Shown here: positions 54,780 to 64,000 of the stretch, one piece after another
Layout of the letters: each line of letters opens with the position of its first letter
Position numbering within the stretch: position 1 is the first letter of the stretch
From: Squalus acanthias
Taxonomy: Eukaryota
Assembly: GCA_030390025.1 (NCBI GenBank)
Contig: JASTWF010000034.1
Span: 3,162,001 to 3,226,000, forward strand
Reading direction: 5' to 3'
Length of the DNA stretch: 64,000 nt
The notes under the pieces: model-generated
Told to the model about the DNA's origin: nothing
Seen by the model: only the letters and a program-made list of their open reading frames with translations
Databases searched by the model: none
Program-made: the position numbers and the translations under genes

Positions 54780-55518
54780 GGCCCGAAAATTAGACCTAAT
54801 ACGCGAGAGCAGGCACTGTGTACTCTTGCGTTTTCGGTCTCCAATTGTCGGTTTCCGGCATGCACTGCGCATGCGCTGGAAACCGGCACTTCGTGAACTC
54901 AAAAGGGGGCGGTTCCTAAGTGAACCGCGTGCGCGCTACAGGCTGCGCACACGCAGTGCACTTAGTGCTTTGAACGCGCAGGTAAGCATGGAAGATTTTG
55001 CACAGAAAGAAAGGAGGCGTAAGACCCTCTTTTAACAAGGTAAGTAGTTAATTAAGTATTATTTTAATTTTTTTTCAACAGGTTTATCTTTTTTAGAGAC
55101 TTTAAAGAAAGGTAAGTTTATTTTTATAACTTTTAAAAAGATTTTAAATTTTTTCAAAAATTTAATTTTTTGTTTAAATTGGTTAATTTATTTAACTCTA
55201 CGTATTTTATTAATGTGATGGCTTTTTTAAATTTAATTGAGGTTTAGCTGTTCTTTTGGGGGGTATAGATTCATAGCTTTGAAGGTCTTCCTGTCAAAAC
55301 TATGAATGAAAGATGGTGTGCTGCCATTGGCTCTAACTGAATCGCGTGATTACAGAGCTCGCACGAACTAACTGCGTCTCTGGCTCACGCAAGCACTGCA
55401 CAGCTGCAGCCTTGAAACTAAAGTTCGTGCGAGCCCGGAGGGAAAAGGTCGGCGCGCAGTGAGATACCGCGGGGAAGCCTTACCCCCGCAGGAACGCTCC
55501 GTGTTTAATTTCTGGGCA
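54780..55518. mobile_element. Non-autonomous TIR DNA transposon (MITE-like, probably PIF/Harbinger), copy 1
   Basis: Left end GGCCCGAAAATTAGAC vs reverse-complemented right end TGCCCAGAAATTAAAC (12/16). TSD is ATT (54777-54779 and 55519-55521; ATTG is also possible). The empty site GTTACATTGAATTG is present in a paralogous monomer (~56330). GC-rich arms, AT-rich core, no transposase. Confidence 0.82.
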
Positions 55519-58500
55519 ATTGAATTGTTAATTTAGACATGATTCCCGCTATTCCAGGGAATGAAGTTACAGTTAATTGTTAATTTGGCATGATGCCCTC
55601 AACACCGGGAATAAAGTTACAGTTAATTGATAATTTAGACATGATACCCTCTACACCGGGGAGTTAAAACAACAGATAATTGTTTATTTGAATTGATGTC
55701 CTCTACATCGGGGAATAACATTAAAGTTAATTAATAATTTGATATGATACCCTCTTCAGCAGAGTATAAAGTTACAGTTAATTTTTAATTTAGACATGAT
55801 ATCCTCTCCACCAGGGAATAAAGTCACATTTAATTGTTAATTTAGACATGACTCCCTCTACACCGGGGAATATAGTTACAGATAATTGCTAATTTAGACA
55901 TGATGCCCTTTAAACCAGGGAATAAAGTTACAGTTAATTTAGACATAATACCCTCTACAGCGAGGAATAAAGATACAGTTAAATGTTAATTTAACATAAT
56001 ACCCTTTACATAGGGGAATGAAGTTGCAGTTAATTGTTAATTTAACATGATACCCTCTACACTGGGGAATAAAGTTACAGTAGATTGTGAATTTGACATG
56101 ATAACCTTTACACTGGGGAGTACTGTAACAGTCAAATGTTTATAAGAATTGATAACCTCTGCACCGGGCAATAAAGTTACAGTAAATTGTTAATTAAGAT
56201 ATGATACCCTCTACACCGAGGAGTAAAGTTACAGTTAAATATTAATATGACATGATTGCCTCTGCACCGGGGAATAAACTTACAATTAATTGTTAATTTG
56301 ATATGATGCACTCTACACCAGGGAATAAAGTTACATTGAATTGTTAATTTCGACATGATTCCCTCTATTCCAGGGAATGAAGTTACAGTTAGTTGTTAAT
56401 TTAGACATGATACCCTCTACAACGGGGAATAACATTAAGGTTAATTATTAATTTGATATGATGCCCGCTACACCAGGGAATAATGTTACAATTAATTGTT
56501 AACTTAAACATCATACCCTCCAGACCGGGGAATATATTTACAGTTAATTGCAAATTTTTACATGATGCCCTCTACACCGGGGAATAAAGTTACGGTAAAT
56601 TGTTAATTTAGACATGATTCCCTCTACACCGGGTAATGAAGTTAGATGTTTTGATAATTTGACATGATACCCTCCAAATCGGGGAATAGTGTTACAAATA
56701 ATTCTTAATTTAGACATTATACCTTCTGCCAAGGGGAATAAAGTCACATTTAACGGTTGAATTAGATATGATTCCCTCCAAACCGGATAATATTGTTACA
56801 TTTTATTCTTAATCTACACATTATACCTTCTGCAAATGGAAATAAATTTACATTTAATTGTTAATTTATACAGTATTCCCTCCACACCGGGGAATATAGT
56901 TACAGTTAATTGCTACTTTAGACATGATGCCCTCTAAACCATTGAATAATGTTACTGTTAATTGTTAAATAAAGCATCATACCCTCCACCCCGGGGAATA
57001 CATTTACAGATATTTGCTAATTTTGACATGATGCCCTCTGCACCGGGGAATAAAGTTACAGTTAATTGTTAATTTTGACATGATACCCTCTACACCAGGG
57101 AATAAAGTTACAGTTAATAGTTAATTTGAGATGATGCCCTCTACACCGGTGAATAAAGTTTCAATTAATTGTTCATTTCGAAAAGATGCCCTCTACATTG
57201 TTGAATAAAGTTACAGTTAATTGTTAATTTAGACATAATGTACTCTACACCAGGAAATATCGATACAGTGAATTGTTAATTTAGACATGATTCCCTCTAC
57301 ACTGGGGAATAAAGTTACAGTTAATTGTTAATTTGACATGATGTCCTCCACGGCGGGAATACATTTACAATTAATTCTAAATTTCAACATGATACCCGCT
57401 ACACTGGTTAATTAAAATGACAGATAATTGTTTATTTGACATGATGCCCTCTACACCGGGTAATAAAGCTACAGTTAATTTGTTAATATGACATGATGCC
57501 ATGAAACTGGGGAATAATTTTAAAGTTAATTTTTAATTTGTCCTGGAAACATCTACCCTGGGGAAAAAAGTTACAGTTGATTGTTAATTTTAAATGATAC
57601 CCTCGACACCGGGGAATAAAGTTACAGTAAATTGTTAATTTAGAGATGATACCCTCTACGCGAGGAATAAAGATACAGTTAAATGTTAATTTAACATGAT
57701 GCCCTCTACACCGGGGAATGAAGTTACAGTTAATTGTTAATATAGAAATGATTCCCTCTAAACCAGGGAATAAATTTACACTTAATTGTTAATTAGACAT
57801 GATACACTTTAAACCAGGGTATAAAGTTACAATTACTTGTTAATTTCGACATGCTGCCCTATACACCGGATAATAAAGTTACAGTTAATTGTTAATATGA
57901 AATGATGCCCTCGAAACTGGGGAATAAAGTTATAGTTAATTGTGAATTTGACATGATACTCTCTATACTGGGGAATTAAGTTACAGTTGATTGTGAATTT
58001 GACATGATACCCTCTACACTGGTGAATACTGTAATAGTCAATTGTTTATAAGACTTGGTAACCTCTACACCGGGCAATAAAGTTACAGTAAATTGTTAAT
58101 TAAGACATGATACCCTCTACACCGTGAAGTAAAGTTACAGTTAAATATTAATTTGACATGATTGCCTCTGCACCGGGGAATAAACTTACAATTAATTGTT
58201 AATTTGACATGATGCACTCTACACCAGGGAATAAAGTTACATTGTATTGTTAATTTAGACATGATTCCCGCTAGTCCAGGGAATGAAGTTACAGTTAATT
58301 GTTAATTTGACTTGATGGCCTCTACACCGGGGAATAAATTTGCAGTTAACTGTTAATTTAGTCATGATACCTTTTAAACAGGGGCATACAGTTACAGTTA
58401 ATTGTTAATTTTTACATGAGGCACTCTACAGAGGGAAATAAAGTTACAGTTAATTGTTAATTCAGACAAGATACCCTGTATACCGGGGAATAAAGTTACA

Positions 58501-60664
58501 GTTAATTGTTAATTTGGCATGATGCCCTCTTCACCGGGGAATTAACATTACAGTTGATTGTTTATTTAACTTGATGTCCTCTACACCGGGAATAAATTTG
58601 CAGTTGACTGTTTATTTAAAAATAATACCATCTACAACGGGGAATAATATTGAAGTTCATTATTAATTTGATATGACACCCTCTTCACCAGATTATAAAT
58701 TTACAGCTCATTTTTAATTTAGTCATGTTATCCTCTACACCAGGGATTAAAGTCACCTTTAATTGTTAATTTAGACATGATACCCTCCACACCGGGGAAA
58801 ATAATTACAGTTAATTGCTAATTTAGACATGATTCCCTCTAAACCGGTGAATAAAGTTACAATTAATTGTTAACTTAAACATCATACCCTCCACACCGCG
58901 GAATATAGTTACAGTTAATTGCTAATTTTTACATGATGCGCTCTACACAGGGAAAAAAAGTTACAGTTAATTGTTAAGTGAGACATGATGACCTCTACAC
59001 CGGGCAATAAAGTTACAGTGTATTGTTAATTTAGACATGATTCACTCTACACCGGGGAATGAAGTTACATGTTTTGTTAATTTGACATGATTCACACAAC
59101 ACCAGGGACTAAAGTTAGAGTTAATTATTAATTTGACATGATGCCCACTATATTGGGGAATAAATTTCAAGTTTATTTTTAATTTGTTATCAAAATATCT
59201 ACCCTGGGGAAAAAAGTTACAGTCAAGTCTTTTAAAGACATGATAACCTCAACACCGGGGAATAAAGTTACATTAAATTGTTAATTTAGACATGTACCCT
59301 CTGCACCGCGTTTAAACTTATAGTTAATTGTTAATTTGACATGATGCACTCTACACCAGGTAATACAGTTGCATTGAATTCTTAATTTAGACATGATTCC
59401 CGCTATTCCAGGGAATTAAGTTACGTTTAATTGTTAATGTTGAAATGATTCCCTCTAAACCGGGGAATTATGTTACGGTTAATTGTTAATTTCGACATGA
59501 TTCCCTCTACCACCGGTAATTAAAATTACAGATAATTGTTTATTTGACATGATGTCTTCTCCACCGTGAAATAAAGTTACAGTTAATTGTTAATTTTTTC
59601 ATGATATCATCTACAACGTGTAATAACATTAAAGTTAATTATTAATTTGATATGATACCCTCTTCACCAGAGTATAAAGTTACAGTTAATTGTTAATCTA
59701 GACATGATATCCTCTACACCTGGGAATAAAGTTACAGTTAAGTGTTAATTTAGATAAGATGCCCTCTACACCGGGGTATAAAATTAGAGTAAATTGTTAA
59801 TTTTGACATGATGCCCTCTACATTGTTGAAAAATGCTACAGTTAATTGTTAATTTTTACATGAAGCCCTATACACCGGGAACTACAGTTACAGTTGATTG
59901 TTAATTTAGACATGATTCCCTCTACACTGGGAAATAAAGTTAGAGTTAATTATTAATTTGACATGATTCCCTCTACACCAGGGAATGAAGTTACATGTAA
60001 TTGTTAATTTGACATGATACCCACTACACCGGGGAATAAAGTTACTTTAAATTGTTAATTTGCACATGATTCCCTCTACACCAGGAAATGAAGTTACATG
60101 TAATTGTTAATTTGACATGATGCTCTTACTTTGGGGAATAAAGTTACAGTTAATTTTTAATTTAGACATGATACCCTCTACACCGAGGAATACAATTACA
60201 TGTATTTGTTAATTTTGACATGATTCCCGCTACACCACGTAATATAGATACAGTTATTTGCTAATTTTTACATGATGCACTCTACCCAGGGAAAAAATGT
60301 TACAGATAATTGTTAATTCAGAAATGATACCCTGTATACCGGGGATTACAGTTACAGTTAATTGTTAATTTGACATGATGCCCAATACACTGGGAAATAA
60401 ATTTAAAGTTAATTTTTAATTTGTCTTGAAAACATCTACACTGGGGAAAAAGTTACAGTTAATTGTTAACTTTACATGATACCCTCGACACCGAGGAATA
60501 AAGTTACAGTCAATTGTTAATTTATACATGATACCCTCTACACCGAGGAGTAAAGTTACAGTTAAATATTAATTTGACATGATTGCCTCTGCACCGGGGA
60601 ATAAACTTATATTTAATTGTTAATTTGAAATGATGCAGTCTGCACCAGGGAATAAAGTTACATT

Positions 60665-61403
60665 GGCCCGAAAATTAGACCTAATACGCGAGAGCAGGCA
60701 CTGTGTACTCTTGCGTTTTCGGTCTCCAATTGTCGGTTTCCGGCATGCACTGCGCATGCGCTGGAAACCGGCACTTCGTGAACTCAAAAGGGGGCGGTTC
60801 CTAAGTGAACCGCGTGCGCGCTACAGGCTGCGCACACGCAGTGCACTTAGTGCTTTGAACGCGCAGGTAAGCATGGAAGATTTTGCACAGAAAGAAAGGA
60901 GGCGTAAGACCCTCTTTTAACAAGGTAAGTAGTTAATTAAGTATTATTTTAATTTTTTTTCAACAGGTTTATCTTTTTTAGAGACTTTAAAGAAAGGTAA
61001 GTTTATTTTTATAACTTTTAAAAAGATTTTAAATTTTTTCAAAAATTTAATTTTTTGTTTAAATTGGTTAATTTATTTAACTCTACGTATTTTATTAATG
61101 TGATGGCTTTTTTAAATTTAATTGAGGTTTAGCTGTTCTTTTGGGGGGTATAGATTCATAGCTTTGAAGGTCTTCCTGTCAAAACTATGAATGAAAGATG
61201 GTGTGCTGCCATTGGCTCTAACTGAATCGCGTGATTACAGAGCTCGCACGAACTAACTGCGTCTCTGGCTCACGCAAGCACTGCACAGCTGCAGCCTTGA
61301 AACTAAAGTTCGTGCGAGCCCGGAGGGAAAAGGTCGGCGCGCAGTGAGATACCGCGGGGAAGCCTTACCCCCGCAGGAACGCTCCGTGTTTAATTTCTGG
61401 GCA
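60665..61403. mobile_element. Non-autonomous TIR DNA transposon, copy 2
   Basis: Same sequence, TSD and flanking monomers as copy 1 at +5885. No difference seen by eye. Confidence 0.82.
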
Positions 61404-64000
61404 ATTGAATTGTTAATTTAGACATGATTCCCGCTATTCCAGGGAATGAAGTTACAGTTAATTGTTAATTTGGCATGATGCCCTCAACACCGGGAATAAA
61501 GTTACAGTTAATTGATAATTTAGACATGATACCCTCTACACCGGGGAGTTAAAACAACAGATAATTGTTTATTTGAATTGATGTCCTCTACATCGGGGAA
61601 TAACATTAAAGTTAATTAATAATTTGATATGATACCCTCTTCAGCAGAGTATAAAGTTACAGTTAATTTTTAATTTAGACATGATATCCTCTCCACCAGG
61701 GAATAAAGTCACATTTAATTGTTAATTTAGACATGACTCCCTCTACACCGGGGAATATAGTTACAGATAATTGCTAATTTAGACATGATGCCCTTTAAAC
61801 CAGGGAATAAAGTTACAGTTAATTTAGACATAATACCCTCTACAGCGAGGAATAAAGATACAGTTAAATGTTAATTTAACATAATACCCTTTACATAGGG
61901 GAATGAAGTTGCAGTTAATTGTTAATTTAACATGATACCCTCTACACTGGGGAATAAAGTTACAGTAGATTGTGAATTTGACATGATAACCTTTACACTG
62001 GGGAGTACTGTAACAGTCAATTGTTTATAAGAATTGATAACCTCTGCACCGGGCAATAAAGTTACAGTAAATTGTTAATTAAGATATGATACCCTCTACA
62101 CCGAGGAGTAAAGTTACAGTTAAATATTAATATGACATGATTGCCTCTGCACCGGGGAATAAACTTACAATTAATTGTTAATTTGATATGATGCACTCTA
62201 CACCAGGGAATAAAGTTACATTGAATTGTTAATTTCGACATGATTCCCTCTATTCCAGGGAATGAAGTTACAGTTAGTTGTTAATTTAGACATGATACCC
62301 TCTACAACGGGGAATAACATTAAAGTTAATTATTAATTTGATATGATGCCCTCTACACCAGGGAATAATGTTACAATTAATTGTTAACTTAAACATCATA
62401 CCCTCCAGACCGGGGAATATATTTACAGTTAATTGCAAATTTTTACATGATGCCCTCTACACCGGGGAATAAAGTTACGGTAAATTGTTAATTTAGACAT
62501 GATTCCCTCTACACCGGGTAATGAAGTTAGATGTTTTGATAATTTGACATGATACCCTCCAAATCGGGGAATAGTGTTACAAATAATTCTTAATTTAGAC
62601 ATTATACCTTCTGCCAAGGGGAATAAAGTCACATTTAACGGTTGAATTAGATATGATTCCCTCCAAACCGGATAATATTGTTACATTTTATTCTTAATCT
62701 ACACATTATACCTTCTGCAAATGGAAATAAATTTACATTTAATTGTTAATTTATACAGTATTCCCTCCACACCGGGGAATATAGTTACAGTTAATTGCTA
62801 CTTTAGACATGATGCCCTCTAAACCATTGAATAATGTTACTGTTAATTGTTAAATAAAGCATCATACCCTCCACCCCGGGGAATACATTTACAGATATTT
62901 GCTAATTTTGACATGATGCCCTCTGCACCGGGGAATAAAGTTACAGTTAATTGTTAATTTTGACATGATACCCTCTACACCAGGGAATAAAGTTACAGTT
63001 AATAGTTAATTTGAGATGATGCCCTCTACACCGGTGAATAAAGTTTCAATTAATTGTTCATTTCGAAAAGATGCCCTCTACATTGTTGAATAAAGTTACA
63101 GTTAATTGTTAATTTAGACATAATGTACTCTACACCAGGAAATATCGATACAGTGAATTGTTAATTTAGACATGATTCCCTCTACACTGGGGAATAAAGT
63201 TACAGTTAATTGTTAATTTGACATGATGTCCTCCACGGCGGGAATACATTTACAATTAATTCTAAATTTCAACATGATACCCGCTACACTGGTTAATTAA
63301 AATGACAGATAATTGTTTATTTGACATGATGCCCTCTACACCGGGTAATAAAGCTACAGTTAATTTGTTAATATGACATGATGCCATGAAACTGGGGAAT
63401 AATTTTAAAGTTAATTTTTAATTTGTCCTGGAAACATCTACCCTGGGGAAAAAAGTTACAGTTGATTGTTAATTTTAAATGATACCCTCGACACCGGGGA
63501 ATAAAGTTACAGTAAATTGTTAATTTAGAGATGATACCCTCTACGCGAGGAATAAAGATACAGTTAAATGTTAATTTAACATGATGCCCTCTACACCGGG
63601 GAATGAAGTTACAGTTAATTGTTAATATAGAAATGATTCCCTCTAAACCAGGGAATAAATTTACACTTAATTGTTAATTAGACATGATACACTTTAAACC
63701 AGGGTATAAAGTTACAATTGCTTGTTAATTTCGACATGCTGCCCTATACACCGGATAATAAAGTTACAGTTAATTGTTAATATGAAATGATGCCCTCGAA
63801 ACTGGGGAATAAAGTTATAGTTAATTGTGAATTTGACATGATACTCTCTATACTGGGGAATTAAGTTACAGTTGATTGTGAATTTGACATGATACCCTCT
63901 ACACTGGTGAATACTGTAATAGTCAATTGTTTATAAGACTTGGTAACCTCTACACCGGGCAATAAAGTTACAGTAAATTGTTAATTAAGACATGATACCC

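Larger units (their letters stand above)
1..64000. repeat. 51/52-bp AT-rich satellite DNA array, head-to-tail, interrupted only by the five insertions listed
   Basis: The motif GGAATAAAGTTACAGTTAATTGTTAATTT recurs every 51-52 bp from base 1 to 64000. The 51-bp form has TTTGACATG; 52-bp forms have TTTAGACATG, TTTCGACATG or TTTTGACATG. No inversion seen. The array runs off both window ends. Confidence 0.99.
50940..64000. repeat. ~5.2-5.9-kb composite tandem unit (satellite plus MITE): two full copies and a partial third
   Basis: Identical ORFs at 51330, 56544 and 62429 (offsets 5214 and 5885) and at 54745 and 60630 (5885). Segment ~59450-60120 is absent from the first copy. Confidence 0.92.

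Noticed and set aside
54745..55035. 96-aa ORF (also at 60630-60920) as a transposase or duplicated gene
   Set aside because: It starts in satellite sequence and crosses the insertion junction, with no DDE or DNA-binding motif. Copy identity reflects recent duplication.
16260..60120. A fixed 13-monomer (~670 bp) fundamental HOR, since that size appears near 16-17 kb and 59.5-60.1 kb
   Set aside because: The two segments do not appear to share sequence variants, and many other unit sizes occur (5, 6, 15, 16, 19, 21, 28).
60665..61403. Independent, site-specific second MITE insertion
   Set aside because: Kilobases of flanking private variants are shared with copy 1, indicating segmental duplication.
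2204..62632. Numerous minus-strand ORFs (KLTINCNFIPRCRGYHV repeats) as zinc-finger or antifreeze-like genes
   Set aside because: They are direct translations of the satellite, constantly frameshifted by 52-bp monomers, with no gene structure or canonical C2H2 spacing.
1..64000. CRISPR array (conserved AT block alternating with a more variable block)
   Set aside because: The variable halves are all homologous rather than unique spacers. There are no cas genes, and vertebrate-type SINE/LINE elements are present.

Overview
Non-genic eukaryotic tandem-repeat DNA. About 94% of the window is one AT-rich satellite with a 51/52-bp monomer (consensus TT(A)GACATGATACCCTCTACACCGGGGAATAAAGTTACAGTTAATTGTTAAT, roughly 1,150 copies, all in one orientation). 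Five mobile-element insertions interrupt it: an internally deleted CR1-clade LINE (~1266-2054, +), a 1266-bp solo LTR with an ATAA target-site duplication (9823-11088), a tRNA-headed V-SINE resembling elasmobranch HE1 (~13767-14205, -) whose 3' tail matches that LINE, and two copies of a ~739-bp TIR non-autonomous DNA transposon (54780-55518, 60665-61403). The SINE and LINE types point to a cartilaginous fish (inference). The satellite is layered: diverged, shuffled monomer blocks on the left, multi-kb tandem duplications in the middle, a near-perfect 983-bp 19-mer higher-order repeat at ~42-46 kb, and a ~5.9-kb MITE-containing unit on the right. I found no credible host gene, RNA gene or CRISPR array. 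The ORF track is explained by the satellite and the transposons. All comparisons were made by eye.
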